Notes under the pieces: generated by a model | What the model was told of the DNA's origin: nothing | Database searches by the model: none | The model's input: the letters and a program-made list of their open reading frames with translations, nothing else | Origin: Nemertoderma westbladi | Lineage: Eukaryota > Animalia > Xenacoelomorpha | Reading direction: 5' to 3' | Assembly: GCA_032718475.1 (NCBI GenBank) | Contig: JAUCBJ010006714.1 | Span: 62,001 to 126,000, forward strand | Length of the DNA: 64,000 nucleotides | In this document: positions 14,786 through 29,900 of the stretch, piece by piece | How the letters are laid out: each line of letters starts with the position of its first letter | Position numbering within the stretch: position 1 is the first letter of the stretch | Made by a program: the position numbers and the translations under genes

Positions 14786-17700
14786 GTTTTAGTTTTAGCC
14801 ACTATCCGTAATGTAACAACATCTACGCGTTTTAGTTTTAGCCACTATCCGTAATGTAACAACGTCTACGCGTTTTAGTTTTAGCTACCAACCGTAATGT
14901 CACAACGTCTACGCGTTTTAGTTTTAGCCACTATCCGTAATGTAACGACGTCTACGTGTTTTAGTTTTAGCCACTATCCGTAATGTCACAACGTCTACGC
15001 GTTTTAGTTTTAGCCACTAACCGTAATGTCACAACGTCTACGCGTTTTAGTTTTAGCCACTATCCGTAATGTCACGACGTCTACGCGTTTTAGTTTTAGC
15101 CACTATCCGTAATGTAACAACATCTACGCGTTTTAGTTTTAGCCACTAACCGTAATGTAACAACGTCTACGCGTTTTAGTTTTAGCCACTAACCGTAATG
15201 TAACAACGTCTACGCGTTTTAGTTTTAGCCACTAACCGTAATGTCACAACGTCTACGCGTTTTAGTTTTAGCCACTATCCGTAATGTCACAACGTCTACG
15301 CGTTTTAGTTTTAGCCACTATCCGTAATGTCACGACGTCTACGCGTTTTAGTTTTAGCCACTATCCGTAATGTAACAACATCTACGCGTTTTAGTTTTAG
15401 CCACTAACCGTAATGTAACAACGTCTACGCGTTTTAGTTTTAGCCACTAACCGTAATGTAACAACGTCTACGCGTTTTAGTTTTAGCCACTATCCGTAAT
15501 GTCCCAACGTCTACGCGTTTTAGTTTTAGCCACTAACCGTAATGTAACAACGTCTACGCGTTTTAGTTTTAGCCACTAACCGTAATGTAACAACGTCTAC
15601 GCGTTTTAGTTTTAGCCACTAACCGTAATGTCACAACGTCTACGCGTTTTAGTTTTAGCCACTATCCGTAATGTCACAACGTCTACGCGTTTTAGTTTTA
15701 GCCACTATCCGTAATGTAACAACGTCTACGCGTTTTAGTTTTAGCCACTAACCGTAATGTAACAACGTCTACGCGTTTTAGTTTTAGCCACTAACCGTAA
15801 TGTAACAACGTCTACGCGTTTTAGTTTTAGCCACTATCCGTAATGTAACAACGTCTACGCGTTTTAGTTTTAGCCACTAACCGTAATGTAACAACGTCTA
15901 CGCGTTTTAGTTTTAGCCACTAACCGTAATGTAACAACGTCTACGCGTTTTAGTTTTAGCCACTATCCGTAATGTCCCAACGTCTACGCGTTTTAGTTTT
16001 AGCCACTATCCGTAATGTAACAACGTCTACGCGTTTTAGTTTTAGCCACTAACCGTAATGTAACAACGTCTACGCGTTTTAGTTTTAGCCACTAACCGTA
16101 ATGTAACAACGTCTACGCGTTTTAGTTTTAGCCACTATCCGTAATGTAACAACGTCTACGCGTTTTAGTTTTAGCCACTATCCGTAATGTAACAACGTCT
16201 ACGCGTTTTAGTTTTAGCCACTATCCGTAATGTAACAACATCTACGCGTTTTAGTTTTAGCCACTAACCGTAATGTAACAACGTCTACGCGTTTTAGTTT
16301 TAGCCACTAACCGTAATGTAACAACGTCTACGCGTTTTAGTTTTAGCCACTATCCGTAATGTAACAACGTCTACACGTTTTAGTTTTAGCCACTATCCGT
16401 AATGTAACAACGTCTACGCGTTTTAGTTTTAGCCACTATCCGTAATGTAACAACGTCTACGCGTTTTAGTTTTAGCCACTATCCGTAATGTAACAACGTC
16501 TACACGTTTTAGTTTTAGCCACTATCCGTAATGTAACAACGTCTACGCGTTTTAGTTTTAGCCACTATCCGTAATGTAACAACGTCTACGCGTTTTAGTT
16601 TTAGCCACTATCCGTAATGTAACGACGTCTACGCGTTTTAGTTTTAGCCACTAACCGTAATGTCACAACGTCTACGCGTTTTAGTTTTAGCCACTATCCG
16701 TAATGTAACAACGTCTACACGTTTTAGTTTTAGCCACTATCCGTAATGTAACAACGTCTACGCGTTTTAGTTTTAGCCACTATCCGTAATGTAACAACGT
16801 CTACGCGTTTTAGTTTTAGCCACTATCCGTAATGTAACAACGTCTACACGTTTTAGTTTTAGCCACTATCCGTAATGTCACGACGTCTACGCGTTTTAGT
16901 TTTAGCCACTATCCGTAATGTAACGACGTCTACGCGTTTTAGTTTTAGCCACTAACCGTAATGTCACAACGTCTACGCGTTTTAGTTTTAGCCACTATCC
17001 GTAATGTCACGACGTCTACGCGTTTTAGTTTTAGCCACTATCCGTAATGTAACGACGTCTACGCGTTTTAGTTTTAGCCACTATCCGTAATGTAACAACG
17101 TCTACGCGTTTTAGTTTTAGCCACCACCGTAATGTAACGACGTCTACGCGTTTTAGTTTTAGCCACTATCCGTAATGTAACAACGTCTACGCGTTTTAGT
17201 TTTAGCCACTAACCGTAATGTAACAACGTCTACGCGTTTTAGTTTTAGCCACCACCGTAATGTAACGACGTCTACGCGTTTTAGTTTTAGCCACTATCCG
17301 TAATGTAACAACGTCTACGCGTTTTAGTTTTAGCCACCACCGTAATGTAACGACGTCTACGCGTTTTAGTTTTAGCCACTATCCGTAATGTAACAACGTC
17401 TACGCGTTTTAGTTTTAGCCACCACCGTAATGTAACGACGTCTACGCGTTTTAGTTTTAGCCACTATCCGTAATGTAACAACGTCTACGCGTTTTAGTTT
17501 TAGCCACTAACCGTAATGTAACAACGTCTACGCGTTTTAGTTTTAGCCACTAACCGTAATGTCACAACGTCTACGCGTTTTAGTTTTAGCCACTATCCGT
17601 AATGTAACAACGTCTACGCGTTTTAGTTTTAGCCACTATCCGTAATGTAACAACGTCTACGCGTTTTAGTTTTAGCCACTATCCGTAATGTAACAACGTC

Positions 17701-20700
17701 TACGCGTTTTAGTTTTAGCCACTAACCGTAATGTAACAACGTCTACGCGTTTTAGTTTTAGCCACTATCCGTAATGTAACAACATCTACGCGTTTTAGTT
17801 TTAGCCACTAACCGTAATGTAACAACGTCTACGCGTTTTAGTTTTAGCCACTATCCGTAATGTAACAACGTCTACGCGTTTTAGTTTTAGCCACTATCCG
17901 TAATGTAACAACGTCTACGCGTTTTAGTTTTAGCCACTATCCGTAATGTAACAACGTCTACGCGTTTTAGTTTTAGCCACTATCCGTAATGTAACAACGT
18001 CTACGCGTTTTAGTTTTAGCCACTATCCGTAATGTAACAACATCTACGCGTTTTAGTTTTAGCCACTATCCGTAATGTAACAACGTCTACGCGTTTTAGT
18101 TTTAGCCACTATCCGTAATGTAACAACGTCTACGCGTTTTAGTTTTAGCCACTATCCGTAATGTAACGACGTCTACGCGTTTTAGTTTTAGCCACTATCC
18201 GTAATGTAACGACGTCTACGCGTTTTAGTTTTAGCCACTATCCGTAATGTAACAACGTCTACGCGTTTTAGTTTTAGCCACTAACCGTAATGTAACAACA
18301 TCTACGTGTTTTAGTTTTAGCCACTATCCGTAATGTCCCAACGTCTACGCGTTTTAGTTTTAGCCACTATCCGTAATGTAACGACGTCTACGCGTTTTAG
18401 TTTTAGCCACTATCCGTAATGTAACAACGTCTACGCGTTTTAGTTTTAGCCACTATCCGTAATGTAACAACATCTACGCGTTTTAGTTTTAGCCACTAAC
18501 CGTAATGTAACAACGTCTACGCGTTTTAGTTTTAGCCACTATCCGTAATGTAACAACGTCTACGCGTTTTAGTTTTAGCCACTATCCGTAATGTAACGAC
18601 GTCTACGCGTTTTAGTTTTAGCCACTAACCGTAATGTAACAACGTCTACGCGTTTTAGTTTTAGCCACTATCCGTAATGTAACAACGTCTACGCGTTTTA
18701 GTTTTAGCCACTATCCGTAATGTAACAACGTCTACGCGTTTTAGTTTTAGCCACTATCCGTAATGTAACAACGTCTACGCGTTTTAGTTTTAGCCACTAT
18801 CCGTAATGTAACGACGTCTACGCGTTTTAGTTTTAGCCACTATCCGTAATGTAACAACGTCTACGCGTTTTAGTTTTAGCCACTATCCGTAATGTAACGA
18901 CGTCTACGCGTTTTAGTTTTAGCCACTATCCGTAATGTAACGACGTCTACGCGTTTTAGTTTTAGCCACTATCCGTAATGTCCCAACGTCTACGCGTTTT
19001 AGTTTTAGCCACTATCCGTAATGTAACAACATCTACGCGTTTTAGTTTTAGCCACTATCCGTAATGTAACAACGTCTACGCGTTTTAGTTTTAGCCACTA
19101 TCCGTAATGTAACAACATCTACGCGTTTTAGTTTTAGCCACTATCCGTAATGTAACAACGTCTACGCGTTTTAGTTTTAGCCACTATCCGTAATGTAACA
19201 ACGTCTACGCGTTTTAGTTTTAGCCACTGTCCGTAATGTAACGACGTCTACGCGTTTTAGTTTTAGCCACTATCCGTAATGTAACAACGTCTACGCGTTT
19301 TAGTTTTAGCCACTATCCGTAATGTAACAACGTCTACGCGTTTTAGTTTTAGCCACCAACCGTAATGTAACGACGTCTACGCGTTTTAGTTTTAGCCACC
19401 ACCGTAATGTAACGACGTCTACGCGTTTTAGTTTTAGCCACTATCCGTAATGTAACAACGTCTACGCGTTTTAGTTTTAGCCACCACCGTAATGTAACGA
19501 CGTCTACGCGTTTTAGTTTTAGCCACTATCCGTAATGTAACAACGTCTACGCGTTTTAGTTTTAGCCACTATCCGTAATGTAACGACGTCTACGCGTTTT
19601 AGTTTTAGCCACTATCCGTAATGTAACAACGTCTACGCGTTTTAGTTTTAGCCACTATCCGTAATGTAACGACGTCTACGCGTTTTAGTTTTAGCCACTA
19701 TCCGTAATGTAACAACGTCTACGCGTTTTAGTTTTAGCCACTATCCGTAATGTAACAACGTCTACGCGTTTTAGTTTTAGCCACTATCCGTAATGTAACA
19801 ACATCTACGCGTTTTAGTTTTAGCCACTATCCGTAATGTAACAACGTCTACGCGTTTTAGTTTTAGCCACTATCCGTAATGTAACAACGTCTACGCGTTT
19901 TAGTTTTAGCCACTATCCGTAATGTAACGACGTCTACGCGTTTTAGTTTTAGCCACTATCCGTAATGTAACGACGTCTACGCGTTTTAGTTTTAGCCACT
20001 ATCCGTAATGTAACAACGTCTACGCGTTTTAGTTTTAGCCACCAACCGTAATGTAACGACGTCTACGCGTTTTAGTTTTAGCCACCACCGTAATGTAACG
20101 ACGTCTACGCGTTTTAGTTTTAGCCACTATCCGTAATGTAACAACGTCTACGCGTTTTAGTTTTAGCCACCACCGTAATGTAACGACGTCTACGCGTTTT
20201 AGTTTTAGCCACTATCCGTAATGTAACAACGTCTACGCGTTTTAGTTTTAGCCACCACCGTAATGTAACAACGTCTACGCGTTTTAGTTTTAGCCACTAT
20301 CCGTAATGTAACGACGTCTACGCGTTTTAGTTTTAGCCACTATCCGTAATGTAACAACGTCTACGCGTTTTAGTTTTAGCCACTATCCGTAATGTAACAA
20401 CGTCTACGCGTTTTAGTTTTAGCCACTATCCGTAATGTAACAACATCTACGCGTTTTAGTTTTAGCCACCACCGTAATGTAACGACGTCTACGCGTTTTA
20501 GTTTTAGCCACTATCCGTAATGTCACAACGTCTACGCGTTTTAGTTTTAGCCACTATCCGTAATGTAACGACGTCTACGCGTTTTAGTTTTAGCCACTAT
20601 CCGTAATGTAACAACGTCTACGCGTTTTAGTTTTAGCCACCACCGTAATGTAACAACGTCTACGTGTTTTAGTTTTAGCCACTATCCGTAATGTAACAAC

Positions 20701-23700
20701 GTCTACGCGTTTTAGTTTTAGCCACTATCCGTAATGTCACAACGTCTACGCGTTTTAGTTTTAGCCACTAACCGTAATGTCACAACGTCTACGCGTTTTA
20801 GTTTTAGCCACTATCCGTAATGTAACAACGTCTACGCGTTTTAGTTTTAGCCACTAACCGTAATGTCACAACGTCTACGCGTTTTAGTTTTAGCCACTAT
20901 CCGTAATGTCACGACGTCTACGCGTTTTAGTTTTAGCCACTATCCGTAATGTAACAACGTCTACGCGTTTTAGTTTTAGCCACTATCCGTAATGTAACGA
21001 CGTCTACGCGTTTTAGTTTTAGCCACTATCCGTAATGTAACAACGTCTACGCGTTTTAGTTTTAGCCACTAACCGTAATGTCACAACGTCTACGCGTTTT
21101 AGTTTTAGCCACTATCCGTAATGTAACAACGTCTACGCGTTTTAGTTTTAGCCACTAACCGTAATGTCACAACGTCTACGCGTTTTAGTTTTAGCCACTA
21201 TCCGTAATGTAACAACGTCTACGCGTTTTAGTTTTAGCCACTAACCGTAATGTCACAACGTCTACGCGTTTTAGTTTTAGCCACTATCCGTAATGTCACG
21301 ACGTCTACGCGTTTTAGTTTTAGCCACTAACCGTAATGTCACGACGTCTACGCGTTTTAGTTTTAGCCACTATCCGTAATGTAACAACGTCTACGCGTTT
21401 TAGTTTTAGCCACTATCCGTAATGTAACGACGTCTACGCGTTTTAGTTTTAGCCACTATCCGTAATGTAACAACGTCTACGCGTTTTAGTTTTAGCCACT
21501 AACCGTAATGTCACAACGTCTACGCGTTTTAGTTTTAGCCACTATCCGTAATGTAACAACGTCTACGCGTTTTAGTTTTAGCCACTAACCGTAATGTCAC
21601 AACGTCTACGCGTTTTAGTTTTAGCCACTATCCGTAATGTAACAACATCTACGCGTTTTAGTTTTAGCCACTATCCGTAATGTCACGACGTCTACGCGTT
21701 TTAGTTTTAGCCACTAACCGTAATGTCACAACGTCTACGCGTTTTAGTTTTAGCCACTATCCGTAATGTAACAACATCTACGCGTTTTAGTTTTAGCCAC
21801 TAACCGTAATGTCACAACGTCTACGCGTTTTAGTTTTAGCCACTAACCGTAATGTCACAACGTCTACGCGTTTTAGTTTTAGCCACTATCCGTAATGTAA
21901 CAACATCTACGCGTTTTAGTTTTAGCCACTAACCGTAATGTCACAACGTCTACGCGTTTTAGTTTTAGCCACTAACCGTAATGTCACAACGTCTACGCGT
22001 TTTAGTTTTAGCCACTATCCGTAATGTAACAACGTCTACGCGTTTTAGTTTTAGCCACTATCCGTAATGTAACGACGTCTACGCGTTTTAGTTTTAGCCA
22101 CTATCCGTAATGTAACAACGTCTACGCGTTTTAGTTTTAGCCACTAACCGTAATGTCACAACGTCTACGCGTTTTAGTTTTAGCCACTATCCGTAATGTA
22201 ACGACGTCTACGCGTTTTAGTTTTAGCCACTATCCGTAATGTAACAACGTCTACGCGTTTTAGTTTTAGCCACTATCCGTAATGTAACAACGTCTACGCG
22301 TTTTAGTTTTAGCCACTAACCGTAATGTCACAACGTCTACGCGTTTTAGTTTTAGCCACTATCCGTAATGTCACAACGTCTACGCGTTTTAGTTTTAGCC
22401 ACTATCCGTAATGTCACAACGTCTACGCGTTTTAGTTTTAGCCACTAACCGTAATGTCACAACGTCTACGCGTTTTAGTTTTAGCCACTATCCGTAATGT
22501 AACAACGTCTACGCGTTTTAGTTTTAGCCACTATCCGTAATGTAACGACGTCTACGCGTTTTAGTTTTAGCCACTATCCGTAATGTAACAACGTCTACGC
22601 GTTTTAGTTTTAGCCACTAACCGTAATGTCACAACGTCTACGCGTTTTAGTTTTAGCCACTATCCGTAATGTCACAACGTCTACGCGTTTTAGTTTTAGC
22701 CACTAACCGTAATGTCACAACGTCTACGCGTTTTAGTTTTAGCCACTATCCGTAATGTAACAACGTCTACGCGTTTTAGTTTTAGCCACTATCCGTAATG
22801 TAACAACGTCTACGCGTTTTAGTTTTAGCCACTATCCGTAATGTAACAACGTCTACGCGTTTTAGTTTTAGCCACTATCCGTAATGTAACGACGTCTACG
22901 CGTTTTAGTTTTAGCCACTATCCGTAATGTAACAACGTCTACGCGTTTTAGTTTTAGCCACTAACCGTAATGTCACAACGTCTACGCGTTTTAGTTTTAG
23001 CCACTATCCGTAATGTAACGACGTCTACGCGTTTTAGTTTTAGCCACTATCCGTAATGTAACAACGTCTACGCGTTTTAGTTTTAGCCACTATCCGTAAT
23101 GTAACAACGTCTACGCGTTTTAGTTTTAGCCACTAACCGTAATGTCACAACGTCTACGCGTTTTAGTTTTAGCCACTATCCGTAATGTCACAACGTCTAC
23201 GCGTTTTAGTTTTAGCCACTATCCGTAATGTCACAACGTCTACGCGTTTTAGTTTTAGCCACTAACCGTAATGTCACAACGTCTACGCGTTTTAGTTTTA
23301 GCCACTATCCGTAATGTAACAACGTCTACGCGTTTTAGTTTTAGCCACTATCCGTAATGTAACGACGTCTACGCGTTTTAGTTTTAGCCACTATCCGTAA
23401 TGTAACAACGTCTACGCGTTTTAGTTTTAGCCACTAACCGTAATGTCACAACGTCTACGCGTTTTAGTTTTAGCCACTATCCGTAATGTAACAACGTCTA
23501 CGCGTTTTAGTTTTAGCCACTATCCGTAATGTAACAACATCTACGCGTTTTAGTTTTAGCCACTAACCGTAATGTAACAACGTCTACGCGTTTTAGTTTT
23601 AGCCACTATCCGTAATGTAACAACATCTACGCGTTTTAGTTTTAGCCACTATCCGTAATGTAACAACATCTACGCGTTTTAGTTTTAGCCACTATCCGTA

Positions 23701-26341
23701 ATGTAACAACATCTACGCGTTTTAGTTTTAGCCACTATCCGTAATGTAACAACATCTACGCGTTTTAGTTTTAGCCACTATCCGTAATGTAACAACATCT
23801 ACGCGTTTTAGTTTTAGCCACTATCCGTAATGTAACAACATCTACGCGTTTTAGTTTTAGCCACTATCCGTAATGTAACAACATCTACGCGTTTTAGTTT
23901 TAGCCACTATCCGTAATGTAACAACATCTACGCGTTTTAGTTTTAGCCACTATCCGTAATGTAACAACGTCTACGCGTTTTAGTTTTAGCCACTATCCGT
24001 AATGTAACAACATCTACGCGTTTTAGTTTTAGCCACTAACCGTAATGTAACAACGTCTACGCGTTTTAGTTTTAGCCACTATCCGTAATGTAACAACGTC
24101 TACGCGTTTTAGTTTTAGCCACTATCCGTAATGTAACAACATCTACGCGTTTTAGTTTTAGCCACTATCCGTAATGTAACAACATCTACGCGTTTTAGTT
24201 TTAGCCACTATCCGTAATGTAACAACGTCTACGCGTTTTAGTTTTAGCCACTATCCGTAATGTCCCAACGTCTACGCGTTTTAGTTTTAGCCACTATCCG
24301 TAATGTAACAACGTCTACGCGTTTTAGTTTTAGCCACTATCCGTAATGTAACAACGTCTACGCGTTTTAGTTTTAGCCACTATCCGTAATGTAACAACAT
24401 CTACGCGTTTTAGTTTTAGCCACTATCCGTAATGTAACAACGTCTACGCGTTTTAGTTTTAGCCACTATCCGTAATGTAACAACATCTACGCGTTTTAGT
24501 TTTAGCCACTATCCGTAATGTAACAACGTCTACGCGTTTTAGTTTTAGCCACTATCCGTAATGTAACAACATCTACGCGTTTTAGTTTTAGCCACTATCC
24601 GTAATGTAACAACATCTACGCGTTTTAGTTTTAGCCACTATCCGTAATGTAACAACGTCTACGCGTTTTAGTTTTAGCCACTATCCGTAATGTAACAACA
24701 TCTACGCGTTTTAGTTTTAGCCACTATCCGTAATGTAACAACGTCTACGCGTTTTAGTTTTAGCCACTATCCGTAATGTAACAACATCTACGCGTTTTAG
24801 TTTTAGCCACTAACCGTAATGTAACAACGTCTACGCGTTTTAGTTTTAGCCACTATCCGTAATGTAACAACGTCTACGCGTTTTAGTTTTAGCCACTATC
24901 CGTAATGTCCCAACGTCTACGCGTTTTAGTTTTAGCCACTATCCGTAATGTAACAACGTCTACGCGTTTTAGTTTTAGCCACTATCCGTAATGTAACAAC
25001 ATCTACGCGTTTTAGTTTTAGCCACTAACCGTAATGTAACAACGTCTACGCGTTTTAGTTTTAGCCACTATCCGTAATGTAACAACATCTACGCGTTTTA
25101 GTTTTAGCCACTATCCGTAATGTAACAACATCTACGCGTTTTAGTTTTAGCCACTATCCGTAATGTAACAACATCTACGCGTTTTAGTTTTAGCCACTAT
25201 CCGTAATGTAACAACATCTACGCGTTTTAGTTTTAGCCACTATCCGTAATGTAACAACATCTACGCGTTTTAGTTTTAGCCACTATCCGTAATGTCCCAA
25301 CGTCTACACGTTTTAGTTTTAGCCACCAACCGTAATGTCACAACGTCTACGCGTTTTAGTTTTAGCCACTATCCGTAATGTCACAACGTCTACGCGTTTT
25401 AGTTTTAGCCACTATCCGTAATGTAACAACATCTACGCGTTTTAGTTTTAGCCACTAACCGTAATGTCACAACGTCTACGCGTTTTAGTTTTAGCCACTA
25501 ACCGTAATGTAACAACGTCTACGCGTTTTAGTTTTAGCCACTATCCGTAATGTAACAACATCTACGCGTTTTAGTTTTAGCCACTATCCGTAATGTCACG
25601 ACGTCTACGCGTTTTAGTTTTAGCCACTAACCGTAATGTCACAACGTCTACGCGTTTTAGTTTTAGCCACTATCCGTAATGTAACAACATCTACGCGTTT
25701 TAGTTTTAGCCACTATCCGTAATGTAACAACATCTACGCGTTTTAGTTTTAGCCACTAACCGTAATGTAACAACGTCTACGCGTTTTAGTTTTAGCCACT
25801 ATCCGTAATGTAACAACATCTACGCGTTTTAGTTTTAGCCACTATCCGTAATGTCACAACGTCTACGCGTTTTAGTTTTAGCCACTATCCGTAATGTAAC
25901 AACATCTACGCGTTTTAGTTTTAGCCACTATCCGTAATGTAACAACGTCTACGCGTTTTAGTTTTAGCCACTATCCGTAATGTAACAACGTCTACGCGTT
26001 TTAGTTTTAGCCACTAACCGTAATGTCACAACGTCTACGCGTTTTAGTTTTAGCCACTAACCGTAATGTAACAACGTCTACGCGTTTTAGTTTTAGCCAC
26101 TATCCGTAATGTAACAACATCTACGCGTTTTAGTTTTAGCCACTATCCGTAATGTAACAACATCTACGCGTTTTAGTTTTAGCCACTATCCGTAATGTAA
26201 CAACATCTACGCGTTTTAGTTTTAGCCACTAACCGTAATGTCACAACATCTACGCGTTTTAGTTTTAGCCACTATCCGTAATGTCACAACGTCTACGCGT
26301 TTTAGTTTTAGCCACTATCCGTAATGTAACAACGTCTACGC

Positions 26342-26943
26342 GTTTTAGTTTTAGCCACTATCCGTAATGTAACAACATCTACGCGTTTTAGTTTTAGCCA
26401 CTATCCGTAATGTAACAACATCTACGCGTTTTAGTTTTAGCCACTATCCGTAATGTAACAACATCTACGCGTTTTAGTTTTAGCCACTATCCGTAATGTA
26501 ACAACATCTACGCGTTTTAGTTTTAGCCACTATCCGTAATGTAACAACATCTACGCGTTTTAGTTTTAGCCACTATCCGTAATGTAACAACATCTACGCG
26601 TTTTAGTTTTAGCCACTATCCGTAATGTAACAACATCTACGCGTTTTAGTTTTAGCCACTATCCGTAATGTAACAACATCTACGCGTTTTAGTTTTAGCC
26701 ACTATCCGTAATGTAACAACATCTACGCGTTTTAGTTTTAGCCACTATCCGTAATGTAACAACATCTACGCGTTTTAGTTTTAGCCACTATCCGTAATGT
26801 AACAACATCTACGCGTTTTAGTTTTAGCCACTATCCGTAATGTAACAACATCTACGCGTTTTAGTTTTAGCCACTATCCGTAATGTAACAACATCTACGC
26901 GTTTTAGTTTTAGCCACTATCCGTAATGTAACAACATCTACGC
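26342..26943. repeat. Run of 14 identical monomers (TATCC / GTAACAACATC variant)
   Basis: Consecutive AACAACATCT units from 26371 to 26930 with no other variant seen. Confidence 0.85.
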
Positions 26944-29900
26944 GTTTTAGTTTTAGCCACTATCCGTAATGTAACAACGTCTACGCGTTTTAGTTTTAGC
27001 CACTATCCGTAATGTCACAACGTCTACGCGTTTTAGTTTTAGCCACTATCCGTAATGTCACGACGTCTACGCGTTTTAGTTTTAGCCACTATCCGTAATG
27101 TCACGACGTCTACGCGTTTTAGTTTTAGCCACTATCCGTAATGTAACAACATCTACGCGTTTTAGTTTTAGCCACTATCCGTAATGTAACAACGTCTACG
27201 CGTTTTAGTTTTAGCCACTATCCGTAATGTAACAACGTCTACGCGTTTTAGTTTTAGCCACTAACCGTAATGTAACAACGTCTACGCGTTTTAGTTTTAG
27301 CCACTATCCGTAATGTCACAACGTCTACGCGTTTTAGTTTTAGCCACTATCCGTAATGTCACGACGTCTACGCGTTTTAGTTTTAGCCACTATCCGTAAT
27401 GTCACGACGTCTACGCGTTTTAGTTTTAGCCACTATCCGTAATGTCACAACGTCTACGCGTTTTAGTTTTAGCCACTATCCGTAATGTCACGACGTCTAC
27501 GCGTTTTAGTTTTAGCCACTATCCGTAATGTCACGACGTCTACGCGTTTTAGTTTTAGCCACTATCCGTAATGTAACAACGTCTACGCGTTTTAGTTTTA
27601 GCCACTAACCGTAATGTAACAACGTCTACGCGTTTTAGTTTTAGCCACTATCCGTAATGTAACAACGTCTACGCGTTTTAGTTTTAGCCACTAACCGTAA
27701 TGTAACAACGTCTACGCGTTTTAGTTTTAGCCACTATCCGTAATGTCACAACGTCTACGCGTTTTAGTTTTAGCCACTATCCGTAATGTCACGACGTCTA
27801 CGCGTTTTAGTTTTAGCCACTATCCGTAATGTCACGACGTCTACGCGTTTTAGTTTTAGCCACTATCCGTAATGTCACAACGTCTACGCGTTTTAGTTTT
27901 AGCCACTATCCGTAATGTCACGACGTCTACGCGTTTTAGTTTTAGCCACTATCCGTAATGTCACGACGTCTACGCGTTTTAGTTTTAGCCACTATCCGTA
28001 ATGTCACGACGTCTACGCGTTTTAGTTTTAGCCACTATCCGTAATGTAACAACATCTACGCGTTTTAGTTTTAGCCACTATCCGTAATGTAACAACATCT
28101 ACGCGTTTTAGGTTTAGCTACCAACCGTAATGTCACAACGTCTACGCGTTTTAGTTTTAGCCACTATCCGTAATGTAACAACATCTACGCGTTTTAGTTT
28201 TAGCCACTAACCGTAATGTCACAACATCTACGCGTTTTAGTTTTAGCCACTATCCGTAATGTCACAACGTCTACGCGTTTTAGTTTTAGCCACTATCCGT
28301 AATGTAACAACGTCTACGCGTTTTAGTTTTAGCCACTATCCGTAATGTAACAACGTCTACGCGTTTTAGTTTTAGCCACTATCCGTAATGTAACAACGTC
28401 TACGCGTTTTAGTTTTAGCCACTATCCGTAATGTAACAACATCTACGCGTTTTAGTTTTAGCCACTATCCGTAATGTAACAACGTCTACGCGTTTTAGTT
28501 TTAGCCACTATCCGTAATGTCCCAACGTCTACGCGTTTTAGTTTTAGCCACCAACCGTAATGTCACGACGTCAACGCCTTTTAGTTTTAGCCACTATCCG
28601 TAATGTAACAACATCTACGCGTTTTAGTTTTAGCTACCAACCGTAATGTCACAACGTCTACGCGTTTTAGTTTTAGCCACTAACCGTAATGTCACAACGT
28701 CTACGCGTTTTAGTTTTAGCCACTAACCGTAATGTCACAACGTCTACGCGTTTTAGTTTTAGCCACTATCCGTAATGTAACAACGTCTACGCGTTTTAGT
28801 TTTAGCCACTATCCGTAATGTAACAACATCTACGCGTTTTAGTTTTAGCCACTATCCGTAATGTAACAACGTCTACGCGTTTTAGTTTTAGCCACTATCC
28901 GTAATGTAACAACGTCTACGCGTTTTAGTTTTAGCCACTAACCGTAATGTCACAACGTCTACGCGTTTTAGTTTTAGCCACTATCCGTAATGTAACAACG
29001 TCTACGCGTTTTAGTTTTAGCCACTATCCGTAATGTAACAACGTCTACGCGTTTTAGTTTTAGCCACTAACCGTAATGTCACAACGTCTACGCGTTTTAG
29101 TTTTAGCCACTATCCGTAATGTAACAACGTCTACGCGTTTTAGTTTTAGCCACTATCCGTAATGTAACAACGTCTACGCGTTTTAGTTTTAGCCACTAAC
29201 CGTAATGTAACAACGTCTACGCGTTTTAGTTTTAGCCACTATCCGTAATGTAACAACGTCTACGCGTTTTAGTTTTAGCTACCAACCGTAATGTCACAAC
29301 GTCTACGCGTTTTAGTTTTAGCCACTATCCGTAATGTAACAACGTCTACGCGTTTTAGTTTTAGCTACCAACCGTAATGTCACGACGTCAACGCCTTTTA
29401 GTTTTAGCCACTATCCGTAATGTAACAACATCTACGCGTTTTAGTTTTAGCTACCAACCGTAATGTCACAACGTCTACGCGTTTTAGTTTTAGCCACTAT
29501 CCGTAATGTAACAACGTCTACGCGTTTTAGTTTTAGCTACCAACCGTAATGTCACGACGTCAACGCCTTTTAGTTTTAGCCACTATCCGTAATGTAACAA
29601 CGTCTACGCGTTTTAGTTTTAGCCACTATCCGTAATGTAACAACGTCTACGTGTTTTAGTTTTAGCCACTAACCGTAATGTAACAACGTCTACGCGTTTT
29701 AGTTTTAGCCACTATCCGTAATGTCCCAACGTCTACGCGTTTTAGTTTTAGCTACCAACCGTAATGTAACAACGTCTACGCGTTTTAGTTTTAGCCACTA
29801 TCCGTAATGTAACAACGTCTACGCGTTTTAGTTTTAGCTACCAACCGTAATGTCACGACGTCAACGCCTTTTAGTTTTAGCCACTATCCGTAATGTAACA

